A stretch of 45,183 nucleotides of DNA from a candidate division WOR-3 bacterium (GCA_039801565.1 JBDRUX010000008.1:1-45183); one strand, 5' to 3'. Counted from the stretch's first letter, positions 8,558 through 18,021 are shown. Notes: generated by a model from the sequence alone, not told the origin. Program-made: numbers and translations.

Positions 8558-9943
8558 ATGGCAAAAAAGCCAATCACCTCGCGTTTATTAGTGAAGATGA
8601 CAATGTGGTTGGTACAACACCGCCAGAAAAGTTTTATTCTCTTTTCGGTTGCTGACGCAATTGCCCAGCAATTGCTTCGTTTTTTGAAGTCCAATCCCTA
8701 TTTAAGAATCCGCCAAGATGGCTATTTTATGCTCCGAGCTTTATTATTTTCTTCCTTGCGGTCAAGGATTTCAGAAAAAACGCTCCAATCTCTTATCCAA
8801 AACCTTATGTCCGACAATTATCAGAGTAAACCTGGTGCCCCAGGTTTTTTAGTCTTAAGTCCAGGGAAAATGTGTAACCTTCACTGTCCCGACTGTTATG
8901 CCAATGCGGCGAATGAAAATAATATCTTAGACTTTACTGTGTTGAATCGCATCGTCACTGAGGCAAAAGAGTTCTGGGGGATAAGATTCTTTGTCATTTC
9001 CGGTGGCGAGCCGTTTATCTATCGGAGTCAGGGTAAAGGCATCATTGATTTAGCCAAAGCCCATAAGGATTCACTATTTCTGGTCTATACCAATGGCACA
9101 TTGATTAACGAAGCAGTGGCGAAAGAATTATCGTTGCTTGCTAATCTTACTCCAGCGATTTCGGTTGAGGGGATGCAACAGAAAACTGATGAGCGAAGGG
9201 GCAAAGGCACTTTTGATAAAATCTTGCAAGCGATGGCAAATCTGCGCCAAGCCCAAGTGCCATTCGGTCTTTCAATCACCGCAACCCGTTATAACATTCC
9301 AGAAATCCTTTCTGACGATTTCATTGATTTCTTCTTTTATCAACAAGGTGCGACCTATGCTTGGCTTTTCCATTATATGCCGATGGGCAGAAATCCGAAT
9401 CCGGATGCGATGCCAACCCCAGAACAGCGCATCTGGTTATGGCAGAGAACTTGGCAACTTATCAAAGAGAAGAAAATAATGATTGCCGATTTCTGGAATC
9501 ATGGCACGGTTTCGCAAGGTTGTCTTTCGGCTGGCCGGTCAGGAGGTTATTTCCATATTGACTGGAATGGCGATGTTATGCCCTGTGTCTTTTTCCCCTA
9601 CGCTTGTGCCAACATTAACGAAATCTATAAGAACGGTGGTAAATTAAGCGATGTTTTAGCCACTCCACTTTTTCGGAAGATTCGACAATGGCAAGATAAT
9701 TACGGTTATCAGAAAAAGGTACTGACTGAAATGACCGACTGGCTACGACCCTGCCCAATCCGTGACCATTATGAAGAAGCCTATCAGATTATTAAGCAAT
9801 GCAATCCCAAAACCACTGATTCTTCACCGCAAGGTGCCTTAAACGATACCAAGTATTACGAAAAGATGAAAAACTATAGCCAGAAGTTGCAAAAAACTGT
9901 TAACAGAATTTGGTGTCGAGAGTATATCAATTCCATTCGGTAA
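8558..9943 (+). CDS. Radical SAM/SPASM-twitch protein of unknown function
   Basis: CNLHCPDC, SGGEP, YTNGTLI, GCLSAG...YFHIDWNGDVMPCVF, RPCPIRDH; AGGAGG SD. Confidence 0.9.
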   Translation: MAKKPITSRLLVKMTMWLVQHRQKSFILFSVADAIAQQLLRFLKSNPYLRIRQDGYFMLRALLFSSLRSRISEKTLQSLIQNLMSDNYQSKPGAPGFLVLSPGKMCNLHCPDCYANAANENNILDFTVLNRIVTEAKEFWGIRFFVISGGEPFIYRSQGKGIIDLAKAHKDSLFLVYTNGTLINEAVAKELSLLANLTPAISVEGMQQKTDERRGKGTFDKILQAMANLRQAQVPFGLSITATRYNIPEILSDDFIDFFFYQQGATYAWLFHYMPMGRNPNPDAMPTPEQRIWLWQRTWQLIKEKKIMIADFWNHGTVSQGCLSAGRSGGYFHIDWNGDVMPCVFFPYACANINEIYKNGGKLSDVLATPLFRKIRQWQDNYGYQKKVLTEMTDWLRPCPIRDHYEEAYQIIKQCNPKTTDSSPQGALNDTKYYEKMKNYSQKLQKTVNRIWCREYINSIR

Positions 9944-10141
9944 ACTAAAACATTTAACCATTTAAAGTGATTTTAAAGAGTTGGTATTTTTGTGCCTTTT
10001 AAATTAATATTAGGCTTATTACTGACTCATTCTTGAGACAGGTTTTGTGCCAGAAAAAGTTGAAATATATTTCAACCTAAAATTAAACGATTTTTTCGTC
10101 TATCATGTTGGTCGTCCGTCGGTTACGCTGATTTTCTTTTA

Positions 10142-10456
10142 GGGAGGGGGTATCGTATAGGGGGTGACCCCGTAGGCGACCCCTTAAGTTGCCCGGTAGG
10201 TTGCTTGGAGAGTTACCTCGGAAGTTGCTTTGGGGGTTGGTTGGTAGGCAGGTTGGGGAGCAAGTCCGTAGGCGACCTCGGAAGCGACCCCGTAGGTTAC
10301 TTCTGGAGCAACCTGGGGAGTAAGCTCGGGGGTTGCCCCGTAGGCGACTTCCCAAGCAACCTCCGATGCTCCGTCATCATTTTCACTTATCCGTAAAACT
10401 GGTGTCGGAATCATTAAATTTGGAAATGCGTTAATGGATAGTCCAAAATTGTTCAA
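10142..10456 (-). repeat. Dispersed element copy A, containing a degenerate 12-bp tandem array (~10160-10365)
   Basis: Reverse complement aligns almost without gaps to 28734-29044; units such as GAGGTCGCCTAC, GGGGTCGCTTCC, CAAGCAACCTAC. Confidence 0.85.
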
Positions 10457-10464
10457 TCGTTCAA

Positions 10465-10481
10465 TTACGGGTGCGACCCGT
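10465..10481. repeat. Short hairpin TTACGGGTGCGACCCGT
   Basis: Perfect ACGGGT-GCG-ACCCGT stem-loop; near-identical to 148-164. Confidence 0.6.
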
Positions 10482-10678
10482 CTAAACGTCTAGCTAAACT
10501 AATGGAAACCAGGTTTCAATAGGGAAAGACACAATCGGAACCGCTGCCAGCTCATTTCTTAAATCCCTAATGAGTCGCTATTCTTTCATAAAATCCTGCA
10601 TCGGCGCAGTAACTAAAAAAGAAAGAGCCGTGCTAAGGGTTGTCCTCGGCAAACGCTTCGGAAAAACCGTTCTCAATA

Positions 10679-11752
10679 CTATCGGTATAGCCGTTCCCGC
10701 CGAATATCAAGTCTGGGTATCGGTTGCGGCTCAGAAGCAAAATCATTGACTTGAGGGAATAAATCGAGATGGACCACATCGTCCCTGAATATCAAAGCCG
10801 AACCCACCACTGAGGGTTTAAAGAATTTGTGCCGAGATTTACTTTTAAATCGAACCAATTGCCCAGCACCCGGTGTCGGAAGATTAGTAAAATTACAGTC
10901 TCTTATACTCTTAAGAAACTGTTCGACCTGATTTATGGTGATACCGTTGTCTTTTGGTTCAGCTATCGCATCAATCACATAAGAGCGTAAAAGTTTTTTC
11001 CACATCTTTTCCAGTAGCGAATGATTAGCGAATAGGTCGGCACAAATAATCCTATCACCTACCACCACAACCACACCAATTATATTTTCTATCTGGCTGG
11101 GAACAGCAATTAGTTCTCTAAGATAAGGTTTGCCCAAATCAAAAACGCGGCTGGCTTCGTACACCTCTTTTAACGCTTTAGTTGGCGAATGGATATTGAG
11201 TTTGGTGTGGAATCTATCAACCTCTTGCCAAACCTCGACTTGGCTTTCGGTTTTTCTGGCAGTTTGGCGTAACATTCCCGGAACAATCAAGCCACGGGAA
11301 TAGAATTTTGGGGTCTGGGCGGTCCAGCGACCATGCTCAGTACAATAGACCGGAATTTCCAGCCATCCGGAAAAAGGTGGAAGCAGAACATCTTCTTTTA
11401 ACATTCGGTCCTGTTTTGCACCTAAAATCAGTTCACCCGCTAAACCGAAGATGTAATATTTACTCTGATTTCTTACCCGGACTTTATTTACCTCACCACT
11501 GCCTAATTCCGTAATTTCAAGATATTGGCACTTCAGACCTTCCTCAAGTGTTAAATACTCAAATCGGCTTTGCCGATTAGTTACGATTGGAAATAGGGTA
11601 AGATTTTGGTATCGGTAAGGTTTTTGAATTCGACACTGGTCAAGCCAATTAATTATTATCGTCTCTGGCCTGCCGAGAACAAACCTTGACGCTACTCCTT
11701 TTGCTAAAGAAAAACCGAAGATAGTGAGAGTCAATATAATGATTTTTCTCAT
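10679..11752 (-). CDS. Exported ARPP-1/DUF6569 family protein
   Basis: Signal peptide; YQNLTLFP, GELILGAKQDR, PVYCTEHGRW, SQVEVW, KLLRSY motifs; ATGA overlap with the upstream TonB gene. Confidence 0.7.
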   Translation of the reverse strand: MRKIIILTLTIFGFSLAKGVASRFVLGRPETIIINWLDQCRIQKPYRYQNLTLFPIVTNRQSRFEYLTLEEGLKCQYLEITELGSGEVNKVRVRNQSKYYIFGLAGELILGAKQDRMLKEDVLLPPFSGWLEIPVYCTEHGRWTAQTPKFYSRGLIVPGMLRQTARKTESQVEVWQEVDRFHTKLNIHSPTKALKEVYEASRVFDLGKPYLRELIAVPSQIENIIGVVVVVGDRIICADLFANHSLLEKMWKKLLRSYVIDAIAEPKDNGITINQVEQFLKSIRDCNFTNLPTPGAGQLVRFKSKSRHKFFKPSVVGSALIFRDDVVHLDLFPQVNDFASEPQPIPRLDIRRERLYR

Positions 11753-12372
11753 TTTGGGTTACTCAATTTGAATTCAAAGGGAATTGCTATCCAGACTCGG
11801 ACCAATTTATCACGTTGTTTGGCAGGTGTGAAGATTGCTTTTTGGGCCGATTCAATTGCGGCTTGGTCTAAAAGCGGGTAACCCGAGGACTTGACTATCC
11901 TCGAGTCAATCACCTTGCCATCAATCTCAACCAGAACTTCAACTACTACTTTGCCTTCCATTGCTAAAAGACGCGCGGGTTCGGGATAAACCGGCATTGG
12001 CAGATATTTTAGGATTGGTTTCTCTTCAACTACCGCAAAAGGAACGGTTGGCGGTTCGGTATCAGTAGGTTTTTTAAAGGATTCAATTTGACTAGTCGGT
12101 TCAATTGTGCCCGCCTCGACCTGATTCGGTGATGGTGCGGCAACCGGTAGTTTAGGACGAACCGCAGGCGGTGGTTCAACAATTCGGTTCAAAGGAATCG
12201 GCAGTAATTCCACAATATCTTGGGTATCGGTTTTTAAGCGATACGGTGCGGTTGCAAACTCTTCGGGCAATAAGAGAAATAAAGCAAGAATGGAGAGGAG
12301 CGCACCAATTAAACTGAGACGGAAGGAGGTAGCATAGTAATAGTCATAATCCCAATTGTTTTTAATCGTCAT
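11749..12372 (-). CDS. tonB: TonB family energy transducer
   Basis: N-terminal TM, Pro-rich linker, C-terminal PVYPEPAR..MEGKVVVEVLV..DGKV...SSG..LLDQAA...FTPA; AGGAGG SD. Confidence 0.85.
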   Translation of the reverse strand: MTIKNNWDYDYYYATSFRLSLIGALLSILALFLLLPEEFATAPYRLKTDTQDIVELLPIPLNRIVEPPPAVRPKLPVAAPSPNQVEAGTIEPTSQIESFKKPTDTEPPTVPFAVVEEKPILKYLPMPVYPEPARLLAMEGKVVVEVLVEIDGKVIDSRIVKSSGYPLLDQAAIESAQKAIFTPAKQRDKLVRVWIAIPFEFKLSNPK

Positions 12373-12527
12373 TTTGCCTCCTTTCCACCTATTATATACA
12401 ATCGGACAACGAAAATTATTCCAATAAAATTTATCTCTTGACAGACCGAAAAATTTAAGGCACTATATTGAGTATGTTAAAATTACTGAACCGATTTGCC
12501 CCAAAGTATTTGTGGAAAGGAGGCAGG

Positions 12528-13190
12528 ATGTTAAAAGACCGATTTATCTTTTTTGCGTTCTTAGCACTATTGTTTTTGATAAGTTTTTTAACCGCCCAGC
12601 CGGTTGATACAATGTTTATGCCTTACGAACCAGATTTGGAGGAAGTGATTGACATTGATGGTACGATTGAACCTGATGAATATCCCGAATCATTCTATGA
12701 TGAAGCAACGCTCATAACCGTGGCTTGGGGCTGTGATGATTCTTTAATCTATGTTGGTTTAAAAGCGCCAAAATGTGCTTGGTTAGCAATCGGGTTTGGT
12801 AGTCCGAAACGAGAGGGTTCCAACTTGATAATCGCTAAGATTGCTGAGGATAGCATAGAGATTGGTAATTATTTAGGAACCAAAGAGGACTACAAACTGA
12901 TTGGCGGCGAGGAAGACTATATTCGGGAATGGGAAATTGACGAAGAAGAAGATACTGTCACTCTGGAGTTTATCTATCCGATGAATTTCCCAGCCGAAAG
13001 CGGAATGGCAATAACGAAATTGGAACATGGCAAAGTTTATAATTTCACCCTCGGTATGTCCAAAGTGATGGCGCCAAAGGGTAAACAAGAACGGCGCTCC
13101 TTCGGGATATTTGAAATCGAAGAAAAGCCTGTGATTAAAGAACCGACGCCAGAAGAATCTTTGCCGGGTAAAAAAGAAGAGAAGAAATAA
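12528..13190 (+). CDS. Exported acidic DOMON/CBM9-like domain protein
   Basis: Start at ATG 12528 after AGGAGG; signal peptide; IDGTIEPDEY, IYVGLKAP..AWLAIGFG motifs. Confidence 0.6.
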   Translation: MLKDRFIFFAFLALLFLISFLTAQPVDTMFMPYEPDLEEVIDIDGTIEPDEYPESFYDEATLITVAWGCDDSLIYVGLKAPKCAWLAIGFGSPKREGSNLIIAKIAEDSIEIGNYLGTKEDYKLIGGEEDYIREWEIDEEEDTVTLEFIYPMNFPAESGMAITKLEHGKVYNFTLGMSKVMAPKGKQERRSFGIFEIEEKPVIKEPTPEESLPGKKEEKK

Positions 13191-13289
13191 TTTAAGGCGC
13201 TAAAGCGAAGCATCGGCTGAACAAAGTAAAACCAACATTGAGCCAATTGGCTAATAACGGAAAATAAAGTTAAGGATAAGAGTTAAATC

Positions 13290-13317
13290 TTGACATTAAT
13301 TTCCTTTTGATTAGACT
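13290..13317 (+). promoter_or_regulatory. Sigma70 promoter, probably leaderless
   Basis: TTGACA-16 bp-TAGACT, ATG 5 nt downstream, no SD. Confidence 0.55.
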
Positions 13318-13322
13318 AATCT

Positions 13323-15023
13323 ATGCTCGGAGGTAATGCATCTGATGTCACCAAGTTGATTTCGGATTTGCGGCGTCCGGAAATGGTGATTAGAGATAAA
13401 GCAATAAAATCATTGCAGGCAATTGGTGGAACCGAAGCTGCCCAAGCTTTGATTATCGCCTTGAATGACCAGGATGCCCGCATCCGTTCGGCAGCTTTTC
13501 AAGCGATACTCACTATTGGTGAGCCAGCAATTTCACCTTTAATCCAAGCCCTAAAGACTAATGATAAGAACTTACAACGCAGTATTTGTGAACTTTTAGG
13601 TCAGATTGGACACGAGCAAGCAGTAGATCCATTACTGCACCAGTTAAATAATGCTGACCCTTTAGTCCGTGCCAGCGCAATTGAGGCATTGGGACGAATC
13701 GGGCATCACCGAGCCGTTGAACCAATTATGACCTTACTGGATGATAATAACTCTTGGGTTAGGGCAATTGCTGCCACGGTCTTAGGCAATTTGCGGGCAC
13801 GAACAGCGGTAGATATTCTAATTACAAAACTGGATGACCCAGTCCATTGGGTCCGAGCTGCCGCTGCTGAAGCCTTGGGTAAGATTGGCGACCGGAAAGC
13901 AGTTGATGACTTAATAATGAAATCATTAGAAGACCCTGACAATTTTGTTCGGACGAACGCAATTGAAGCTTTAAAGCAGATTGGAACGATTGCGGTTGAG
14001 CCATATCTTGAATCATTAAGTAGCGAGGATTTATCAACACGATTTACTGCGATTGACGCTCTATTAGCTGAAGGGGTAGTAGCAGTTCAACCACTGATTG
14101 GTCAACTGCAACACGAAAACCCAATGGTGCGGGCAACGGTTGCCGAAATTTTGGGGAATATCGGTGATGTCCGAGCCGTGGAACCATTAACTAAACTTTT
14201 AGCGGATAGTGAGGAAACGGTTCAAATCGCTGCAATTAACGCCTTAGGAAAAATCCGACACGAAAAGACCGCCGAATTTTTAATCCGCGCCTTAGGTGAC
14301 GAAGACCCCAAGATTGCCAGTGCGGCCACTAAAGCCATTATTAGAATCGGTGAACTTGCCATTGAACCGCTAATCGTTGCTTTAAAAGACAATAAACCTG
14401 AAGTGCGAGCAATTGTCATAAGTATCTTAGGCAGGATTGGCGATGTTCGAGTGATTGACCATTTGGTCCGAGCCTTAAAAGACGAAGTGGCTTGGGTGCG
14501 AGCAGCCGCAGCCGAAGCCTTAGGCCGGTTGGCAGATAGTGATACAATTGGCCCACTATTAAAAGCGTTGCAAGATGAAAATTATCAAGTTCGGGCCACG
14601 GCAGCCGAAGCCTTAGGCCGACTCCGAGATGAAAATGCAGTGCCCGATTTGATTAAATGCTTGCAAGATGAAATGGCATTGGTGAAGGTAGCCGCTTGCA
14701 ATGCTTTAGCAATGATTGGTGACCAAAGAGCAGTTGCTGCTTTAATTAAAGCCTTAGAAGATATTGATGCGCCGGTTAGGGCATCAGCAATTGCGGCATT
14801 AGCAAATTTGAGACAGACCGGAATTGTTGAATATCTGAAACGGATTGTGTTACCTTGGCCTTGGAGTCGAGAAAGTCCAGAAGTGAAACGAGCAGCACGA
14901 CTGGCTTTGAAAAAATTGCGCGAGGTGATTGAAGAAGAACAGGGCTTTGCTGAAACCGAGATTGACCAAACCGTTTTGGAAAGTGATGAGATTACCGACA
15001 AAAAGAGTCTTGATAAAACCTAA
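13323..15023 (+). CDS. PBS lyase HEAT-like repeat protein
   Basis: Many ~31-aa repeats VR..AAEALG.IGD.RAV.PL...L.D across almost the whole 566 aa. Confidence 0.9.
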   Translation: MLGGNASDVTKLISDLRRPEMVIRDKAIKSLQAIGGTEAAQALIIALNDQDARIRSAAFQAILTIGEPAISPLIQALKTNDKNLQRSICELLGQIGHEQAVDPLLHQLNNADPLVRASAIEALGRIGHHRAVEPIMTLLDDNNSWVRAIAATVLGNLRARTAVDILITKLDDPVHWVRAAAAEALGKIGDRKAVDDLIMKSLEDPDNFVRTNAIEALKQIGTIAVEPYLESLSSEDLSTRFTAIDALLAEGVVAVQPLIGQLQHENPMVRATVAEILGNIGDVRAVEPLTKLLADSEETVQIAAINALGKIRHEKTAEFLIRALGDEDPKIASAATKAIIRIGELAIEPLIVALKDNKPEVRAIVISILGRIGDVRVIDHLVRALKDEVAWVRAAAAEALGRLADSDTIGPLLKALQDENYQVRATAAEALGRLRDENAVPDLIKCLQDEMALVKVAACNALAMIGDQRAVAALIKALEDIDAPVRASAIAALANLRQTGIVEYLKRIVLPWPWSRESPEVKRAARLALKKLREVIEEEQGFAETEIDQTVLESDEITDKKSLDKT

Positions 15024-15054
15024 TGGGATGACAAACGATACCTGCATTTTCCAG

Positions 15055-15082
15055 TTGACAAACGATTAAAATTTATTATCAT
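15055..15082 (+). promoter_or_regulatory. Promoter of the tRNA-Thr/tuf operon
   Basis: TTGACA-16 bp-TATCAT just upstream of the tRNA. Confidence 0.7.
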
Positions 15083-15098
15083 AAAAGATTAAAAAATT

Positions 15099-15171
15099 GC
15101 CCATGTAGCTCAGTCGGTAGAGCACATCCTTGGTAAGGATGTGGTCGCCGGTTCGATTCCGGCCGTGGGCT
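15099..15171 (+). tRNA. tRNA-Thr(GGT)
   Basis: Acceptor GCCCATG/CGTGGGC, anticodon arm ATCC-TTGGTAA-GGAT, GGTTCGATTCC; canonical position before tuf; no encoded CCA. Confidence 0.95.
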
Positions 15172-15228
15172 TGTGGGTAAAAGAAATTTTGAAATTTAAT
15201 AAACTGGAAAATAACAAGGAGGCTTTAA

Positions 15229-16443
15229 ATGGCAAAAGCAAAATTTGAACGAAAGAAGCCGCATGTTAATATTGGGACAATCGGTCATGTTGACCACGGG
15301 AAAACGGTTTTGACTTCTGCCATCACTAAGATTTTGTCGTTAAAAGGCTTAGCCGAATTTAAGACCTATGACGAAGTCGCTAAAGCCAGTATTGCGCAAG
15401 GGCGGCGTGACGAAACCAAGATTTTAACGATTGCTATTTCGCATGTCGAGTACGAAACAGAAAAAAGGCACTATGCCCATATTGATTGTCCGGGGCACGC
15501 TGATTACATTAAGAATATGATTACTGGAGCGGCACAGATGGACGGTGCAATATTGGTCGTGTCAGCTGCCGATGGTCCGATGCCCCAAACTCGTGAACAT
15601 GTCCTTTTGGCACGACAAGTTAATGTTCCGGCGATTGTTGTCTATATAAATAAAACAGATTTAGTCACTGACCCCGAATTGGTTGATTTAGTAGAATTAG
15701 AAGTCCGAGAGATTCTCAATAAATATGAATTTCCTGGTGATAAGACGCCAGTCATTCGAGGCAGTGCCTTGAAGGCACTACAATGTGCCTGTGCCAAAGA
15801 GACCTGCCCAGATTGTGATTCGATAGTGAAACTTCTTAATGCTTGTGACGAATTTATTCCAGAGCCAGTCCGCGATGTTGATAAGCCTTTCTTAATGCCG
15901 ATTGAGGATATTTTCTCAATTACTGGTCGTGGCACGGTTGTTACCGGCAGGGTTGAACGAGGTAAGTTGTTACCAGGCAAGGAAGTCGAAATCATTGGTT
16001 TTGGTAAACAGTGGAAAACGGTGGCGACCAGTCTTGAGATGTTCCGAAAAGTTTTAGATGAAGGAGTGGCCGGTGATAATATCGGTATTCTTTTACGAGG
16101 CGTGGAAAAAGACGAAGTGATGCGAGGGATGGTAGTGGCAATGCCTGGGACGATCAAACCTCACAAAAGGTTTATGGGGCAAGTTTACGTTTTAACGAAA
16201 GAAGAAGGTGGGAGACATACTCCGTTCTTTACCGGCTATCGTCCGCAATTTTATATTCGAACCACTGATGTGACTGGTTCGGTTAAACTACCGGAAGGTG
16301 TTGAAATGGTTATGCCTGGTGATAATACCAATTTAGAAGTTGAATTAATCACCCCAGTTGCTTTAGAAGAAGGCTCCCGGTTTGCGATTCGTGAAGGCGG
16401 TCGCACGGTCGGAGCGGGGGTTGTGACCAAAATATTGGAGTAA
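15229..16443 (+). CDS. tuf: Elongation factor Tu
   Basis: [59 protein letters not shown]. Confidence 0.98.
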   Translation: MAKAKFERKKPHVNIGTIGHVDHGKTVLTSAITKILSLKGLAEFKTYDEVAKASIAQGRRDETKILTIAISHVEYETEKRHYAHIDCPGHADYIKNMITGAAQMDGAILVVSAADGPMPQTREHVLLARQVNVPAIVVYINKTDLVTDPELVDLVELEVREILNKYEFPGDKTPVIRGSALKALQCACAKETCPDCDSIVKLLNACDEFIPEPVRDVDKPFLMPIEDIFSITGRGTVVTGRVERGKLLPGKEVEIIGFGKQWKTVATSLEMFRKVLDEGVAGDNIGILLRGVEKDEVMRGMVVAMPGTIKPHKRFMGQVYVLTKEEGGRHTPFFTGYRPQFYIRTTDVTGSVKLPEGVEMVMPGDNTNLEVELITPVALEEGSRFAIREGGRTVGAGVVTKILE

Positions 16444-16444
16444 G

Positions 16445-16591
16445 ATGCGGATTGCTTTAACCTTAGCCTGTAGCGAGTGTCGTAACCGAAATTATACGGC
16501 AACAAAAAATAAAAAAAGGCAGGAGCGATTGGAACTAAGAAAATATTGTCGCTTTTGTAAAAAACATACTATTCATAAGGAGGTAAAATAG
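16445..16591 (+). CDS. rpmG: 50S ribosomal protein L33 (zinc-binding form); not in the supplied ORF track
   Basis: 48 aa [48 protein letters not shown]; canonical position between tuf and secE. Confidence 0.95.
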   Translation: MRIALTLACSECRNRNYTATKNKKRQERLELRKYCRFCKKHTIHKEVK

Positions 16592-16663
16592 GCCAGTAGC
16601 TCGAACGGCTAGAGCGGCGGACTCCAAATCCGTAGGTTGGGGGTTCAAATCCCTCCTGGCCTG
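16590..16663 (+). tRNA. tRNA-Trp(CCA)
   Basis: Acceptor AGGCCAG/CTGGCCT, anticodon arm GCGGA-CTCCAAA-TCCGT, GGTTCAAATCC; no encoded CCA. Confidence 0.95.
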
Positions 16664-16700
16664 CTAAATTTCGAGTCCTCGGGGCGAAAGCAAATTAAGT

Positions 16701-16892
16701 ATGAAACTATTTGACCGGGTTAAAAGATATCTGTTGGATGTAATTGCCGAATTGAAACGAGTGAACTGGTCAAAACGGAAAGAACTTTTTAGTACAACAG
16801 TTGTGGTAATTATCCTCTCGTTAATTTTAGCTGTCTTCGTTGGACTTTTCGACTTTATCTTTTCGCGACTTTTACATCTAATTGTCCGATGA
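16701..16892 (+). CDS. secE: Preprotein translocase subunit SecE
   Basis: ELKRVNW...EL...T.VV followed by a single TM; synteny. Confidence 0.95.
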   Translation: MKLFDRVKRYLLDVIAELKRVNWSKRKELFSTTVVVIILSLILAVFVGLFDFIFSRLLHLIVR

Positions 16893-17413
16893 AATACTTT
16901 GTTGTGCACACTTATAGCGGTCGGGAGAAAAAAGTGATCGAATTATTAAAACGGGCAATTGAGAATCAAAATTTGAAGGACTTATTTGGCGATATTATTT
17001 TACCAGCCGAACAGATTACTAAAATCAAGAAATCGGAGTTAGTCACGGAAGAACGCAGATTGTACCCAGGCTACATTGTTGTTGAGATGGAACCGACCGA
17101 GGAAGCCATCAAATTGGTCAACTCGATACCCGGTGTTACTCATCTTTTGGGAACAAAAACCAATCCATTACCTTTGACGGAAAATGAAGTGAAATCAATT
17201 AAGGAACAAATCGAAAAGAGTAAAGAAAAAGTAGCAACCGAAGTACCATTCACCCAAGGCGAGAATGTTAAGGTAATCAGTGGTCCTTTTGCTGGTTTTT
17301 CCGGAACGGTTGACGAAATTAATCTGGAACGAAGGCGTGTTAAAGTTATGGTGACAATCTTTGGTCGCCCGACACCGATTGATTTAGACTTTTTAGAAGT
17401 TCAACCAATTTGA
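16889..17413 (+). CDS. nusG: Transcription termination/antitermination factor NusG
   Basis: VVHTYSGREKKV, LYPGYIVVEM, KOW GENVKVISGPFAGFSG, IFGRPTP. Confidence 0.97.
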   Translation: MKYFVVHTYSGREKKVIELLKRAIENQNLKDLFGDIILPAEQITKIKKSELVTEERRLYPGYIVVEMEPTEEAIKLVNSIPGVTHLLGTKTNPLPLTENEVKSIKEQIEKSKEKVATEVPFTQGENVKVISGPFAGFSGTVDEINLERRRVKVMVTIFGRPTPIDLDFLEVQPI

Positions 17414-17586
17414 AAATGGGTATGGAAAAAGTGCTGAAATCCAAAGAAAATAAAAACCTAGCCCTTGCCCGTAAAACCAGGGTGAAAAGAATTAAAAGTA
17501 GCAGCGAGGTTTGGACTCGACAAAAATGGTTGGGACATGCCCTAACGCTACTGTCTTGGTGGTTTAACGATTAAGGAGGTAGATTT

Positions 17587-18021
17587 ATGATGACGAAAAA
17601 GGTGATTGCGGTAGTTAAGCTGCAGATTCCAGCCGGCCAAGCAACTCCAGCGCCCCCAGTTGGTCCGGCTTTAGGACAACATGGTGTGAATATTGTTGAA
17701 TTTTGCAAGCAGTTTAATGCAGTAACCAAAAATCAACCACCGGGTATGATAATCCCAGTGGTTTTAACCGTTTATCACGACCGGTCATTCTCGTTCGTTA
17801 CGAAAAGTCCACCAGCCGCAATCCTGCTAAAACAGGCAGCCGGTTTAGCTAAGGGTTCGGCGATGCCGAATCAAACGAAAGTTGGCAAGGTGACCCAAAA
17901 GCAAATTCGCGAAATTGCCCAACGGAAGATGCAGGATTTAAATACCAAAGACCTGGAAGCAGCGGTTCGCATTATCGAAGGAACCGCCAAACAGATGGGA
18001 ATAATCGTGGAGAAGGAATGA
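17587..18021 (+). CDS. rplK: 50S ribosomal protein L11
   Basis: [26 protein letters not shown]. Confidence 0.98.
   Translation: MMTKKVIAVVKLQIPAGQATPAPPVGPALGQHGVNIVEFCKQFNAVTKNQPPGMIIPVVLTVYHDRSFSFVTKSPPAAILLKQAAGLAKGSAMPNQTKVGKVTQKQIREIAQRKMQDLNTKDLEAAVRIIEGTAKQMGIIVEKE

Noticed and set aside
10083..10456. Minus-strand ORFs 10083-10355 and 10184-10456 as real genes
   Set aside because: Open frames are expected in a GC-rich 12-bp array, and the EVAY-type frame is interrupted by stops in copy B
10482..10678. Possible gene remnant or ncRNA between the hairpin and the ARPP-1 gene
   Set aside because: Only short frames interrupted by stops; no recognisable motif or convincing structure
13323..15023. 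DNA-level repeats in the HEAT gene (GCAGCCGAAGCCTTAGGCCG twice) as a repeat or diversity-generating element
   Set aside because: Explained by the protein repeat AAEALGRL; no reverse transcriptase or adenine-specific variation is seen
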